From Gemmatimonadaceae bacterium (GTDB taxonomy: Bacteria; Gemmatimonadota; Gemmatimonadetes; Gemmatimonadales; Gemmatimonadaceae), in assembly GCA_050998035.1 (NCBI GenBank), contig JBPCQO010000202.1:1-53835 (forward strand): DNA of 53,835 bases. Direction: 5' to 3'. Positions 18,577 through 29,337 of this stretch are shown piece by piece. The first letter of the stretch is position 1, and each line of letters opens with the position of its first letter. The notes below the pieces were generated by a model, which did not search any database, had not been told where the DNA came from, and saw only the letters and a program-made list of their open reading frames with translations. The position numbers and the translations under genes were made by a program.

Positions 18577-19536
18577 ATGGCCACCAAAGTCACGCTCCGC
18601 ACGCTCACAACGCTTCGCGAACGAAGCCAGCCGGCGGTCTTCGTCACCGCGTACGATTTCCCGACGGCGACGTTCGCCGAGCGGGCCGGCGTGGACATGA
18701 TCCTCGTTGGCGACTCCGCGGCGATGACGATGATGGGATTTCCAAACACGCTCGGGATCGGGATGGACGAGATGATGGTGTTCGTGCGGAGCGTGTGCCG
18801 CGCGGCCAGACATACCTTCGTCGTCGGCGACCTGCCGTTCCTGTCGTACCAGCCGTCTGACGAACTTGCGGTGCTCAACGCCGGCCGCTTCGTCGCGACC
18901 GGATGCGACGCGGTGAAGTGCGAGGGTGGGGCGCGTATCGCACCGCGAGTGCGCGCGATGGTGGATGCCGGCATCAACGTCATGGGCCACCTCGGGCTCA
19001 CACCGCAGAGTATTGGTCAGCTCAGTGGTTATCGTGTTCAGGGGAAGTCTCGCGCGGCGGCTGACAGGCTGGTCGACGACGCGCTCGCGCTGCAGGAAGC
19101 TGGCGCGTTCGCGGTGCTGCTGGAGGCGATGCCAGCCGTCACGGCGGCCTATGTGCGCGAGCGGGTTGACGTCCTGGTGTACGGGATTGGTGCCGGACCG
19201 CACGTTGATGGGCAGCTCGTCATCTCGCATGACATCCTCGGCAATTTCGTGGGTGACATCGCGCCCCGGTTCGCCAAGCAATATGCCCGGATCGGCACCC
19301 AGGTCGAGAGTGTATTTCGTGCGTACGCCGAAGAGGTGCGCGGTGCTGTCTTCCCCGCTCCTGAGCACTGTTATCCAATCGATCCAGCCCAGGAAGCGGA
19401 GATCCGAGACTGTCACTTTCGGTACTATTCAGAGCTATCATCAGTCACAGCGCAAATAGTAACAGCGCCAACGGTAGCGGCGCCAACACCATCCCAACAC
19501 AGCCCCAACAGAGTGCCACATGACCACTTCGCTTGA
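18577..19536 (+). CDS. panB: 3-methyl-2-oxobutanoate hydroxymethyltransferase
   Basis: VFVTAYDFPTA, MILVGDSAAMTMMGF, VVGDLPFLSY and KCEGG fit PanB. Start chosen at MATKV (ATG 18577, GGAG 7 nt upstream). The in-frame ATG at 18487 is an alternative. A C-terminal tail of about 40 aa overlaps the next gene. Confidence 0.9.
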   Translation: MATKVTLRTLTTLRERSQPAVFVTAYDFPTATFAERAGVDMILVGDSAAMTMMGFPNTLGIGMDEMMVFVRSVCRAARHTFVVGDLPFLSYQPSDELAVLNAGRFVATGCDAVKCEGGARIAPRVRAMVDAGINVMGHLGLTPQSIGQLSGYRVQGKSRAAADRLVDDALALQEAGAFAVLLEAMPAVTAAYVRERVDVLVYGIGAGPHVDGQLVISHDILGNFVGDIAPRFAKQYARIGTQVESVFRAYAEEVRGAVFPAPEHCYPIDPAQEAEIRDCHFRYYSELSSVTAQIVTAPTVAAPTPSQHSPNRVPHDHFA

Positions 19537-20797
19537 GCCCGCCGAGCAGTCCACGTCACAATCCGATTCACCAAAGCTGCGTCCCCGACCGCTCGTCTGC
19601 CGCGCCTGCCACACGCAGTACGATGCAGCTCCGACCGCCATCTGCGAGAACTGCCTGGGCCCACTCGATCCGGTGCCGAATCCAGATCGGGTACTCCCCG
19701 ACGCTGCGACGATCGCGGCACGCGCGCCCTCGCTCTGGCGCTACAAGGAGTGGCTCCCGTTTGACGGTGAGCCCACGCTGTCACTCGATACCGGCTTCAC
19801 GCCGCTGGTTGAGGCGCCGCGCATCGCCGCGCGTTTGGGCGTGGCCCGAGCATGGATCAAGAACGACAGCGTGTCGCACCCATCGCTCTCGTTCAAGGAT
19901 CGTGTCGTTGCGACCGCGATAAATGCGGCCGCCGCGTTCGGGCTCGACACTGTTGGCTGCGCGTCCACCGGTAATCTCGCCAATGCGGTTGCGGCGCACG
20001 CGGCGCGCGCGGGGATGAAGGCGTGGATCTTCATCCCCGAGGATCTGGAAGTCGGCAAGGTGATCGGCACCCAGATATACGGGCCCAATCTCGTGCGAGT
20101 GCGCGGTCACTATGACGACGTGAACCGGCTCTGTGCACAGGTCGCGGACCATTTCGGGTGGGGAATCGTGAACGTAAACCTGCGCGGCTACTACGGCGAA
20201 GGATCCAAGACGATGGCGTTCGAGATCGCTGAACAGCTGGGCTGGCGCCTGCCAACCGCAGTGGTCGCACCGATGGCTGGCGGATCGCTGGTGACCAAGT
20301 TACGGAAGGGATTCCGCGAGTTCACGGAAGCAGGATTGGTTGCGGGAGCAGCTCCGCGGATCTACGGCGCGCAGGCGGCCGGATGCTCACCGATAGTCAA
20401 TCTGGTGCAGAGCGATGGCGATCAGATCGAACCTGTGGTGCCACACACAATCGCCCGCTCGATCGCGATTGGGAATCCCGCGGATGGGCTGTTCGCCAAG
20501 CGCGCTATCGTAGAAACCGGCGGTTGGGCGGCGGCGGTTAGCGAAGATGCACTGGTCCAGGGTATCTGCACGCTGGCTCAGGAAGCCGGCATCTTCACAG
20601 AAACGGCGGGTGGCGTGACCGTGTCCGCGGCAATTCAGTTGGCCGAACAGGGGCGCTTTCTTCCGACCGACGAGGTTGTGCTCTGCATTACGGGCAACGG
20701 TCTCAAGACGATCGAAGCCGTGCGCCCCGTGCTGTCAGACGCACCTGTAATAGCACCGCGACTGCGCGAAGTTCGCGCGCTCGTCGAAGGACGATGA
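19520..20797 (+). CDS. Threonine synthase-family PLP enzyme with N-terminal CxxC...CxxC zinc-ribbon
   Basis: CRACHTQYDAAPTAICENC, SLSFKDR (PLP lysine) and CASTGNLANA fit the family. Function may not be canonical ThrC (see findings). Confidence 0.85.
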   Translation: MTTSLEPAEQSTSQSDSPKLRPRPLVCRACHTQYDAAPTAICENCLGPLDPVPNPDRVLPDAATIAARAPSLWRYKEWLPFDGEPTLSLDTGFTPLVEAPRIAARLGVARAWIKNDSVSHPSLSFKDRVVATAINAAAAFGLDTVGCASTGNLANAVAAHAARAGMKAWIFIPEDLEVGKVIGTQIYGPNLVRVRGHYDDVNRLCAQVADHFGWGIVNVNLRGYYGEGSKTMAFEIAEQLGWRLPTAVVAPMAGGSLVTKLRKGFREFTEAGLVAGAAPRIYGAQAAGCSPIVNLVQSDGDQIEPVVPHTIARSIAIGNPADGLFAKRAIVETGGWAAAVSEDALVQGICTLAQEAGIFTETAGGVTVSAAIQLAEQGRFLPTDEVVLCITGNGLKTIEAVRPVLSDAPVIAPRLREVRALVEGR

Positions 20798-21117
20798 ACG
20801 CCGCTGCTTCGACCAGTCATTCACAATCAACCAAATCAGCCATGTCTGTCACACTCAGTCTCCCCACAGTTCTGGCCAAGCTCGCCAACGGCAGCAAGAC
20901 GATCGACTCCCGGGGTGATACCATGGGCGACGTCGTTGATGATGTCGTAGCGCAGTACCCGGAGCTCGAACCGCGCCTGCGCGATGGCAATGGCAACCCC
21001 TATCCGTTTGTCACGTTCTACCTGAACGACGACGACATCCGCTTCAACGGCGGCTTCTCCGCAACGGTGCGCGACGGTGACGAGATCATCATCGTGCCCG
21101 CGATCGCCGGGGGTTGA
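20794..21117 (+). CDS. MoaD/ThiS-family sulfur-carrier protein, CysO-like, ending in GG
   Basis: ...FYLNDDDIRFNGGFSATVRDGDEIIIVPAIAGG-stop. ATG 20794 overlaps the upstream stop (ATGA). ATG 20842 (MSVTLSLPTVL) gives the more typical length of about 91 aa. Confidence 0.8.
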   Translation: MNAAASTSHSQSTKSAMSVTLSLPTVLAKLANGSKTIDSRGDTMGDVVDDVVAQYPELEPRLRDGNGNPYPFVTFYLNDDDIRFNGGFSATVRDGDEIIIVPAIAGG

Positions 21118-22331
21118 CGACGATGACGTTGCAAGCGGCCGAGATGAGGTCCAGTGCCACCGCGTCGGACGAGCTCCCGTCGCTCACGCATGACGAGCTG
21201 CTCCGGTACAGTCGTCACCTTCTGCTTCCCGATGTCGGTGTTGATGGCCAGCGCCGGCTCAAGCACGCGCGGGTCCTCCTGATCGGTGCAGGCGGGCTCG
21301 GCTCCCCGACAGCGATGTATCTCGCCGCCGCCGGCGTCGGCACGCTTGGGCTCGTCGACTTCGACGTGGTGGACGTCACCAACTTGCAGCGCCAGATCAT
21401 TCACGGTACTAACGACATCGGGCGACTGAAGACAGCGTCGGCACGCGACAGTATCCACGACATCAACCCGCACGTCCATCTGGAGACGTACGATACGCCG
21501 CTCACTTCCGCCAACGCACTCGAGATCGCGAAAGACTATGACATCGTTGTCGATGGTACTGACAACTTCGCTACTCGTTATCTAGTGAACGACACATCGG
21601 TACTCCTCGGCAAGCCGAACGTGTATGGCAGCATCTTTCGCTTCGAGGGACAGGCATCGGTATTTGCAACCAACGAGGGCCCGTGCTACCGTTGCCTCTT
21701 CCGCGAGCCGCCACCGCCAGGACTGGTGCCGAGCTGCGCTGAGGGAGGAGTGCTGGGCGTACTGCCGGGTCTGGTCGGGACCATTCAGGCGACCGAGACA
21801 ATCAAGCTCATCCTCGGCATGGGTGAGCCACTAATCGGTCGCTTGCTGCTGATCGACACGCTGGAGATGAGCTTTCGTACCGTAAAAGTACGCAAGGACC
21901 CGACGTGCCCCGCGTGCGGCACGCACGAGCTCCGGGAGCTCATCGATTACGAGATGTTCTGCGGAGCACGACCGAGCACCAGCCCCGCGTCGAACGCAGG
22001 ACACGCACAAGAGATGGCGGAGATAACACCGCGCGAGCTGGCGGCCAAGATTGCGCGAGGCGACGACTTCGATCTGATCGACGTGCGAGAGCCGTTCGAG
22101 TGGGAGATAGCGCGCATCAATGGAGCGCGGCTCATTCCCCTCGCGACGCTTTCCCAGGCCATAGGAACGCTGGATCCGAATCGCGACATCGTGGTGCACT
22201 GCAAGGTAGGCGGTCGCAGCGCCGCCGCTGCACGGCAACTTTCAGCGGCCGGTTTCACGCGAGTGGCCAATCTGGTTGGGGGGATCTTGCGATGGAGCGA
22301 CGATGTCGACTCGTCAGTATCAAAGTATTGA
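21114..22331 (+). CDS. MoeZ/MoeB-type adenylyltransferase-sulfurtransferase (E1-like domain plus C-terminal rhodanese)
   Basis: RYSRHLLLPDVG and LLIGAGGLGSP fit the E1-like domain. CYRC...CPAC is a zinc site. The rhodanese motif is HCKVGGRS. TTG 21114 overlaps the carrier stop; ATG 21123 is an alternative. Confidence 0.85.
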   Translation: MTTMTLQAAEMRSSATASDELPSLTHDELLRYSRHLLLPDVGVDGQRRLKHARVLLIGAGGLGSPTAMYLAAAGVGTLGLVDFDVVDVTNLQRQIIHGTNDIGRLKTASARDSIHDINPHVHLETYDTPLTSANALEIAKDYDIVVDGTDNFATRYLVNDTSVLLGKPNVYGSIFRFEGQASVFATNEGPCYRCLFREPPPPGLVPSCAEGGVLGVLPGLVGTIQATETIKLILGMGEPLIGRLLLIDTLEMSFRTVKVRKDPTCPACGTHELRELIDYEMFCGARPSTSPASNAGHAQEMAEITPRELAAKIARGDDFDLIDVREPFEWEIARINGARLIPLATLSQAIGTLDPNRDIVVHCKVGGRSAAAARQLSAAGFTRVANLVGGILRWSDDVDSSVSKY

Positions 22332-22357
22332 CGTAACCAGCCTACGCTCTCATCGCA

Positions 22358-22939
22358 CTACTGCATGTACTGCCATGCCAGCAATGCGAGCCCCGCTGCG
22401 CCGAGTAACAACGAACCGGCAAATACAGGACGTGAGCGCGTAAGCGCCGTGATTGCGCCGAGCGCGATCGCTACCTGGAACAATGCGACAGCGTTCGCGA
22501 ATCCGTGGTGCCGGTGCAGCAGATGGTCAGCCTCCACCGATTTAGCGTCGCGCTCGTGCTCGAGCTCTGTGGCTTGTTTGGAAATATCGCGCTGTTCGCT
22601 GGTGTATCGCACGGTCGTGGCCGTCAGCGCGGCAGGTACTGGCTTGCCGGCTGCTTGCCACGCGTTCGCGGCACCCAGCGCGATTGCACCCTTCACACCC
22701 TTGGCCTGGTAGTACGACCACTGATCCGACGCCCTACTCTGTAGCTGTGTTGATTCGGTCTTCAACAGTAGCGCTTCATTGACCGTTGCTCCCGCCTGCA
22801 GCGAACCGATCGCCGCGAGTGCAGCGAGTAACGCAGTGGTGAGGGCGATCATCTTGAGAAATCGGCCGCCTTCGTGCTCAACCGCTTCGTGGATTTGCTC
22901 GTGCAGCGACTCCAGCTCGACCTCCTGACCTTCGGGCAT
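22358..22939 (-). CDS. DUF4337 domain-containing membrane protein
   Basis: HEGGRFLKMIALTTALLAALAAIGSLQAG...SDQWSYYQAKGVKG, with a C-terminal TM pair. Confidence 0.7.
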   Translation of the reverse strand: MPEGQEVELESLHEQIHEAVEHEGGRFLKMIALTTALLAALAAIGSLQAGATVNEALLLKTESTQLQSRASDQWSYYQAKGVKGAIALGAANAWQAAGKPVPAALTATTVRYTSEQRDISKQATELEHERDAKSVEADHLLHRHHGFANAVALFQVAIALGAITALTRSRPVFAGSLLLGAAGLALLAWQYMQ

Positions 22940-22974
22940 TCTGAATCACTCGGTAGCGGTGTAGAACGACAGAA

Positions 22975-24360
22975 TTACAGCAATTCCGCCGCGTACTCAT
23001 CCCACAACGCCGCCATTGCCTTGGTACCGAGCCGGAAATTCTCTACACTCATCCACTCGTCCGGTGCGTGCGCGTTCTCACCCGGAAGTCCGAATCCGAC
23101 CAGCAGCACCGGCGCTTCCAGAATTCGCTGAAAGTCGCCAACTACTGGAATGGATCCGCCTTCTCCAACGATTACAGGCTCGCGACCGAAAGCAGCCTCC
23201 AACGCGTGACGCGCGGCGTCGAAGATGGGCCCGCTCAGGTCCGCGCGCCACGGTCGACCGCCGTGCAGGTAAGTGACTGTCGCCGTAACTCCGGCGGGCG
23301 TCACCTTGGTCACGTGCGCCTCGAACTGTTTGGCGATCTTCGCCGGGTCCTGGTTCGGCACCAGTCTGCAGCTCACCTTGGCCATAGCCTTGGCCGGCAG
23401 CACTGTTTTCGCTCCCGCTCCCGTGTAGCCGGAGAGCATCCCGTTCACCTCGCATGTGGGGCGCGTCCACAGCTTTTCCAGCGACGTGAACCCCTGCTCG
23501 CCACCAAGTGCCGTAGCGCCGACTTCCTTCCTGAGCTGGTCATCGGAAAATGGAAGCTGCCGCATTCCGTCGATCACCTTCGGGTCGAACGGGCTCACGT
23601 CGTCGTAGAAGCCGTCGATCGTCACACGACCGTTGTCATCGTGCAATGACGCGATGATGCGCGCGAGTGCCGCGGCCGGATTCACCACCGCGCCGCCGTA
23701 CATCCCAGAATGCAGATCGCCAGACGGCCCCTGCACGTCGATCTGGAAGTACGATAGCCCGCGCAAAGAGGACAGAATCGACGGTATTCCTTCCGCGAAC
23801 ATCGCGGAGTCGGAGATGACCACTGCATCACAAGCGAGCAGCTCACGATGTTTGTCGATGAACGCTTCCAGGTTGGTGCTCCCAACCTCCTCCTCGCCTT
23901 CAGCGAGCACCACGATGTTGCACGGCAGAACGCGGCGCGTGGCGAGGTGCGCTTCCAGCGCCTTGATGTGCAGAAAAAGCTGACCCTTGTCATCCACCGA
24001 GCCGCGCGCATAGATACGTCCGTCACGCAACTCCGGCTCGAACGGCGGAGAGCTCCACAGATCGAGCGGTTCGGGCGGCTGCACGTCGTAATGCCCGTAC
24101 ACCAGCACCGTCGGTGCACTCTCACCGGCGCCACGCCACTCGCCGATCACCACCGGATGACCGGGCGTATCGTGCACGCTGGCCACCAGGCCGGCGCGCT
24201 CAAGCGAGCCCTTCACCCACTCGGCGGCCACACGAGTATCGGAGTCATGCGTTGGTTGCGCACTCACGCTCGGGATGCGCAGAAAGTCGAACAGCTCTTC
24301 CTCAATGCGCGACTCGTGCCGCGTGAGGAACTCGTCCAGGTCTTTGGCGATCATTGGCAT
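22975..24360 (-). CDS. M20-family dipeptidase
   Basis: [28 protein letters not shown] and [11 protein letters not shown] are metallopeptidase M20 signatures. Confidence 0.85.
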   Translation of the reverse strand: MPMIAKDLDEFLTRHESRIEEELFDFLRIPSVSAQPTHDSDTRVAAEWVKGSLERAGLVASVHDTPGHPVVIGEWRGAGESAPTVLVYGHYDVQPPEPLDLWSSPPFEPELRDGRIYARGSVDDKGQLFLHIKALEAHLATRRVLPCNIVVLAEGEEEVGSTNLEAFIDKHRELLACDAVVISDSAMFAEGIPSILSSLRGLSYFQIDVQGPSGDLHSGMYGGAVVNPAAALARIIASLHDDNGRVTIDGFYDDVSPFDPKVIDGMRQLPFSDDQLRKEVGATALGGEQGFTSLEKLWTRPTCEVNGMLSGYTGAGAKTVLPAKAMAKVSCRLVPNQDPAKIAKQFEAHVTKVTPAGVTATVTYLHGGRPWRADLSGPIFDAARHALEAAFGREPVIVGEGGSIPVVGDFQRILEAPVLLVGFGLPGENAHAPDEWMSVENFRLGTKAMAALWDEYAAELL

Positions 24361-24429
24361 GACTGCAATTTAACGTTCAGCGGGAGACCTCGCCCCGTGT
24401 CCGGTGCCCGCCACACTAATTTACGTCAC

Positions 24430-26313
24430 ATGCCCAACCATCTCTCGGGCGAGACCTCGCCCTACCTGCTGCAGCACGCCGGCAACCCCGTCGAATGGTA
24501 CCCGTGGGGCGAGGAGGCGCTCGCGCGTGCGAAGAGTGAGGACAAACCCATCCTCCTCTCCATTGGTTACGCAGCCTGCCACTGGTGCCACGTTATGGCG
24601 CACGAGTCGTTCGAGGACCCCGCGACGGCCGCGGTGATGAACGAGAACTTCGTCAACATCAAGGTGGACCGCGAGGAGCGTCCCGATCTGGACTCGGTGT
24701 ACATGCGCGCGGTCCAGGCGATGACGGGACACGGCGGCTGGCCGATGACAGTGTTCCTCACCCCCAATGGCGATCCCTTCTACGGCGGCACCTACTTCCC
24801 GCCGGCCGACCGGCAGGGAATGCCATCGTTCACCCGCGTACTCCATGCGGTTGACGAATCATACAGAAGCCGGAGAGACAGCATCTCCGCGAGCGTGGAT
24901 TCCGTCCGCCGCATTTACGACGACGCGCTCCCCGAGCCGACGGGTGAGGCCACCGGCGAGACCACACTGGACGAGCGGGCGCTGGAGTCAGCGTACCACG
25001 GCATCGAACGACAGTACGACGCGCGCAACGGCGGTCTGGGTAGCGCGCCCAAATTCCCGCCGACCATGGTTCTGGACTTCCTGCTCCGACACTGGGCACG
25101 CACGGGCGAGGCGCCCGCACTCCAGATGGCACACGACACCTGTGTGAAGATGGCTCGCGGCGGCATCTACGATCAGATCGGCGGCGGCTTCGCCCGCTAC
25201 TCCGTGGACGAGCGCTGGCTGGTCCCCCACTTCGAAAAGATGCTGTACGATAATGCGCTGCTCATCCGGTTCGGTGCGCATCTCTTTCAGGCGACCAGAG
25301 ATGAAGATGTCCGCCGTGTTACCGAAGAAACTGTCGAATGGCTGGCTCGCGAGATGACGTCGCCCGCCGGGGGATTCTATTCCTCATTTGACGCCGATTC
25401 CGAGGGCGAAGAGGGGAAATTCTACGTCTGGGACTCGGCCGAGATGGATACAGTGCTGGGTGAGGACGCAGAGGCGGTGAAGACTTACTATGGCGTGACG
25501 AGCGGTGGCAATTTCGAGGGACATAACATCCTTCACGTCCCCACTTCCCTCAAGGTCGCAGCCACGCGCGCCAACGTGGATGTCGACCACTACGCCGAAG
25601 CCATCGCTCGCGCCAAGCGAGCGCTGTACGATGTGCGTGCAAAACGCGTCTGGCCGGGACGCGACGAGAAGGTCCTTGCCTCCTGGAACGGACTCGCTCT
25701 CCGTGGCGTCGCCGAGGCAGCACGTACGTTTGCACGCACCGACTTCGCGCAACTTGCCGCCAGAAACGCAGACTTCCTCCTCAACCAGATGATGCAGGAC
25801 GGACGTGTGATGCGCACGCACAAGGATGGCGTGACCCGCATCCGCGGCTTTCTCGAAGACCAGGCAGCCGTCGGGCTTGGGATGCTCGCCATGTTCGAGC
25901 AGTCCCCCGAGACGCGCTGGATCGACGCGGCGCGCACCATCGCGCAGGTGATGAACGAGGACTTCTGGGACACGAACCTGGAAGTCTTTTTCGACACTGC
26001 ACGCGATGCCGAGAAGCTCGTGAGTCGACCGCGGGACGTCACCGACAACGCCATGCCGTCCGGTACATCGCTCGCCGTGGAGCTGCTGCTCCGCCTGGCC
26101 GACTACGACGGGCACGAGGCGTACCGCGCGCGCGCACACAAGGTGATGAGATCCCTTACACCGATGGTGGCTCGCTACCCGTCTGCGTTCGGTCACCTGC
26201 TGGGTGACGCGGAGTACGCAGCAACGTTCGCGTGTCACGGCGATTACTGTGACATGCCATCCCCTGCGGCGTTGGACCTCGCACGCGCGTCCGCGGAGAC
26301 CGCAGCGCTGTGA
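24430..26313 (+). CDS. Thioredoxin-domain protein (DUF255/YyaL-like, with six-hairpin glycosidase-like C-terminal region)
   Basis: [59 protein letters not shown] at 24430. The 5' part of track ORF 23848.. overlaps the M20 gene and is rejected. Confidence 0.85.
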   Translation: MPNHLSGETSPYLLQHAGNPVEWYPWGEEALARAKSEDKPILLSIGYAACHWCHVMAHESFEDPATAAVMNENFVNIKVDREERPDLDSVYMRAVQAMTGHGGWPMTVFLTPNGDPFYGGTYFPPADRQGMPSFTRVLHAVDESYRSRRDSISASVDSVRRIYDDALPEPTGEATGETTLDERALESAYHGIERQYDARNGGLGSAPKFPPTMVLDFLLRHWARTGEAPALQMAHDTCVKMARGGIYDQIGGGFARYSVDERWLVPHFEKMLYDNALLIRFGAHLFQATRDEDVRRVTEETVEWLAREMTSPAGGFYSSFDADSEGEEGKFYVWDSAEMDTVLGEDAEAVKTYYGVTSGGNFEGHNILHVPTSLKVAATRANVDVDHYAEAIARAKRALYDVRAKRVWPGRDEKVLASWNGLALRGVAEAARTFARTDFAQLAARNADFLLNQMMQDGRVMRTHKDGVTRIRGFLEDQAAVGLGMLAMFEQSPETRWIDAARTIAQVMNEDFWDTNLEVFFDTARDAEKLVSRPRDVTDNAMPSGTSLAVELLLRLADYDGHEAYRARAHKVMRSLTPMVARYPSAFGHLLGDAEYAATFACHGDYCDMPSPAALDLARASAETAAL

Positions 26314-28076
26314 CCGTTCAGCGCGAGTCGTTCACGCGCGGCGTCTTCGCCGGCAAGATATACGGCAGTCTCATCTTTCCGTATCCGCAGCCGCTGAACG
26401 TGAGCAATCCGGACGAGGCTGCGATCGTCCAACGCCTCGTCGCGCTCATCAACGGTAAACTCGGCGGACTCATCGACTCGGCACGGTTCGATCGCGAAGA
26501 AACCATCGGCGACGACGTCATCGCCGCGCTCGGCGAACACGGCTTTCTGGGTATGACCATCCCCAAGCGCTTCGGCGGCCTGGAGCTCTCGGCAACCGCG
26601 TACGCTCGGGTCTTCGAGGCGGTCGCTGGCGCGGATCCGTCGCTCGGTGTCTTCATCGGCGTTCACTGCGGCCTCGGCTCCAAGGCGATCGTGCTGTACG
26701 GCACCGAAGACCAGAAAGCGCGTTGGCTACCGGGTCTCGCCCGGGGCGACATTCTGGCCGCGTATGCACTCACCGAACCCGCCGTAGGCTCTGATGCGCA
26801 GCACATACGTACAACCGCGTTGTTGAGCGATGACGGTTCCCACTGGACGCTCAACGGACGTAAGCTCTGGATCGGGAACGGCCACCGCGCCGCCGTCATC
26901 GCGACCTTCGCGCAGACCGAAGTGGAGCGCAAGGGAGCGATGGTCATGCGGCCCACTGCGTTTCTCATCGAGCCCACGATGCCCGGCTTTCGTGTTGTCG
27001 AAACGGTACACAAACTCGGCATCAGAGGGTCGACCCAGGCAGAGCTGGAGTACCACAACTTACGCGTGCCAGTCGACAACGTTCTGGGCGAAGTCGGTAG
27101 AGGGTTCGCGGTGGCCGTCAATGTGCTCAACGCTGGACGTCTGTCCCTCGCCGCGGGCTGCACGGGTGGGACCAAGCACATTTTCGAGGAGATGGCGCGA
27201 TACGCGGAACGACGAGAGCAGTTCGGCAGCCCGCTCGCGGCCTTCGAGATCACGCAACGGAAGCTTGCCTCCATCGCATCCGAGATTTACGCCGCCGACG
27301 CGATGCTCGGCGTGCTCGTCAATCTCGCCACGCGTGACGAGGCAGACTGGTCGCTCGAAGCAGCAATCGACAAGGTGTTCGCCAGCGAGCTTGTCTGGCG
27401 CACGGCAGATGAGATGGTGCAGATCGCCGGCGGGCGTGGCTTCGTCCGCCCCTATCCGTACGAGCGATATCTGCGCGACAGCCGCATCAACAGGATCTTC
27501 GAGGGCGCCAATGAGATCCTCCGGCTTTTCGTCGCACTGAATGGGCTGCAGACGCTCTCGGGCGAACTGAAGGGAGTACGCACGGCGCTACGCGAGCCGA
27601 TCAAACACTTCGGATTACTGAGCGAGGCTGCTGCCACGCGCTTCAGGAGCGTGCTGGGTGCAACGGCAACACTCGACGTGCAGATCGACCAGCGATTGCT
27701 CGTACACAAGGAATATTTCGAGAAGCACGTGGCCGAGCTGCGCACAGCCGCCGAGCGGTCGGTAAGACGGTATCGCAAGGAGATCGTGGACCGTCAGATG
27801 GTGGTGGAGCGGCTGGCCAACATGGCGATAGAACTGTTCGCCACCGCGTGCGTCATCTCGCGAACGCAACTGCTGCTGGAGACCGGTGAGGAGGAGGAAT
27901 GCGCGCGCGCTCTGGAGCTGTGCCAGCTCTTCGCGGTGGAGTCCGGTCGCCGGTTCCGCGCTGCACGCATCGCTCTTGACGGTCGGGAGGACGATCTGGA
28001 CAACGCGCGTCGCTCGATCGCGAGCTCCGTTCGGAACGCCGGGAGCTACACCATGCCCGACCCGATCCTCCGCTGA
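26310..28076 (+). CDS. Acyl-CoA dehydrogenase family protein (long form with C-terminal extension)
   Basis: [12 protein letters not shown] and [30 protein letters not shown] fit the family. The GTG start overlaps the upstream stop (GTGA). Confidence 0.85.
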   Translation: MTVQRESFTRGVFAGKIYGSLIFPYPQPLNVSNPDEAAIVQRLVALINGKLGGLIDSARFDREETIGDDVIAALGEHGFLGMTIPKRFGGLELSATAYARVFEAVAGADPSLGVFIGVHCGLGSKAIVLYGTEDQKARWLPGLARGDILAAYALTEPAVGSDAQHIRTTALLSDDGSHWTLNGRKLWIGNGHRAAVIATFAQTEVERKGAMVMRPTAFLIEPTMPGFRVVETVHKLGIRGSTQAELEYHNLRVPVDNVLGEVGRGFAVAVNVLNAGRLSLAAGCTGGTKHIFEEMARYAERREQFGSPLAAFEITQRKLASIASEIYAADAMLGVLVNLATRDEADWSLEAAIDKVFASELVWRTADEMVQIAGGRGFVRPYPYERYLRDSRINRIFEGANEILRLFVALNGLQTLSGELKGVRTALREPIKHFGLLSEAAATRFRSVLGATATLDVQIDQRLLVHKEYFEKHVAELRTAAERSVRRYRKEIVDRQMVVERLANMAIELFATACVISRTQLLLETGEEEECARALELCQLFAVESGRRFRAARIALDGREDDLDNARRSIASSVRNAGSYTMPDPILR

Positions 28077-28127
28077 ATGGACGCTGAAATAGGGATGTGT
28101 GATAACACACAGGTGGGTGCGACACGT

Positions 28128-28475
28128 ATGCGCGGCGTGCGCGGCGCGACCCGCGTGCCACACGATGTCTCTGATGAGATCCTGAGCGCCACAGGTGAGC
28201 TTCTGACCGCGTTGCTCGACCGCAACTCCGCAACCCCCGGACAGGTGGTGAGCGCCATCTTCACCGTCACGCCGGATCTGACGAGCGAGTTCCCCGCTCG
28301 CGCGGCACGCGATCTGGGCTGGACCGATACCGCAATGTTGTGCAGCGTGGAGATCCCCGTGCCTGGCGCGATGGAGCACGTCGTTCGCGTTCTGCTCCAC
28401 CTCGAGCTCCCTTCCCGCGCAGTGGTTCGCCATGTGTATCTGAACGGAGCAGAAGAGCTTCGCCCGGATCTATAA
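28128..28475 (+). CDS. aroH: Chorismate mutase, AroH class
   Basis: MRGVRGATRV..., FTVTPDLTSEFPARAAR and VLLHLE fit the AroH class, as does the length of about 115 aa. Confidence 0.8.
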   Translation: MRGVRGATRVPHDVSDEILSATGELLTALLDRNSATPGQVVSAIFTVTPDLTSEFPARAARDLGWTDTAMLCSVEIPVPGAMEHVVRVLLHLELPSRAVVRHVYLNGAEELRPDL

Positions 28476-28515
28476 CGCTGTCGATCTGTAACATTCACGT
28501 TCTGTAACGCTGTCG
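28473..28515. promoter_or_regulatory. Interleaved direct repeats TAACGCTGTCG (x2) and TCTGTAAC (x2) upstream of the VirJ-like gene
   Basis: taacgctgtcg at 28473-28483 and 28505-28515. tctgtaac at 28485-28492 and 28501-28508. Read directly. Confidence 0.35.
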
Positions 28516-28553
28516 CCGTAAAACATGACCCAACCACCGCGTCTCATCCATTG

Positions 28554-29297
28554 ATGCTGCTCCCAGTCCTCATCTCGCTCCTCAGTGCAGCCGCATCGCT
28601 GCCCACCGACACCACGACCAACGTCCGCGACCTCCCCATAATTGAGTTGCGGGCAGCACATCCTCAGTCCAATACCGTCGCCATCATCCTCTCCGGTGAT
28701 GGCGGATGGGCCGACATCGATGAGCAGGTCGGCAAGCGTCTCCAGGCACGCGGCGTGGACGTGGTGGGCTTGGACATGCGGAGCTATCTGCGCGGCGGCC
28801 ATCGCTCGCCGGCCAGCATCGGTGCGGATATCTCGCGAATAGCCCGTCGCTACACGGCGCTATGGCAGCGCAAGGACGTCGCGCTGGTCGGCTACTCCCG
28901 CGGCTCGGACCTGGCACCGTTCGCCGCGACTCACATGGCGCCAGACGAGAAGCAACGCCTCACCGTCATCGTGATGCTCACGCTGCTCGAGCGCGCCAGC
29001 TTCGTGTATCACTTCTCCGATCTGTGGCGCACCACATCTGGCAAGGATGACACGCCCGTGCTCCCGGAGCTGGAACAGCTTCGCAGCGTCCCGCTGGTCT
29101 GCATCTACGGCCGCAAGGAAAAGGAATCACTCTGCCGCACGGCACCCAGCGGCCTGATGACCACCATCATGCGAGAAGGCGAGCACCACTTCGATGGCGA
29201 CTACAACGCCCTCGGAGACATTGTGTTTCAGGCGATCATGCGGACGGAAAGCGGCGCTCCGCTCGGCAAGCTCGGACAGCCTGAGACCGTACACTGA
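28554..29297 (+). CDS. VirJ/AcvB-like alpha/beta hydrolase (secreted)
   Basis: MLLPVLISLLSAAAS is a signal peptide. AIILSGDGGWADIDEQVGKRLQARGVDVVGLD and VGYSRGSD fit the family. TTG 28551 is an alternative start. Confidence 0.7.
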   Translation: MLLPVLISLLSAAASLPTDTTTNVRDLPIIELRAAHPQSNTVAIILSGDGGWADIDEQVGKRLQARGVDVVGLDMRSYLRGGHRSPASIGADISRIARRYTALWQRKDVALVGYSRGSDLAPFAATHMAPDEKQRLTVIVMLTLLERASFVYHFSDLWRTTSGKDDTPVLPELEQLRSVPLVCIYGRKEKESLCRTAPSGLMTTIMREGEHHFDGDYNALGDIVFQAIMRTESGAPLGKLGQPETVH

Positions 29298-29337
29298 ACC
29301 CAATTGAGCGTCAGTTAAGCCACAGCCTAACCAAACC

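Noticed and set aside
23848-24429. N-terminal 194-aa extension of the DUF255 ORF
   Set aside because: It overlaps the M20 dipeptidase on the opposite strand. The conserved DUF255 N-terminus ([16 protein letters not shown]) starts at ATG 24430.
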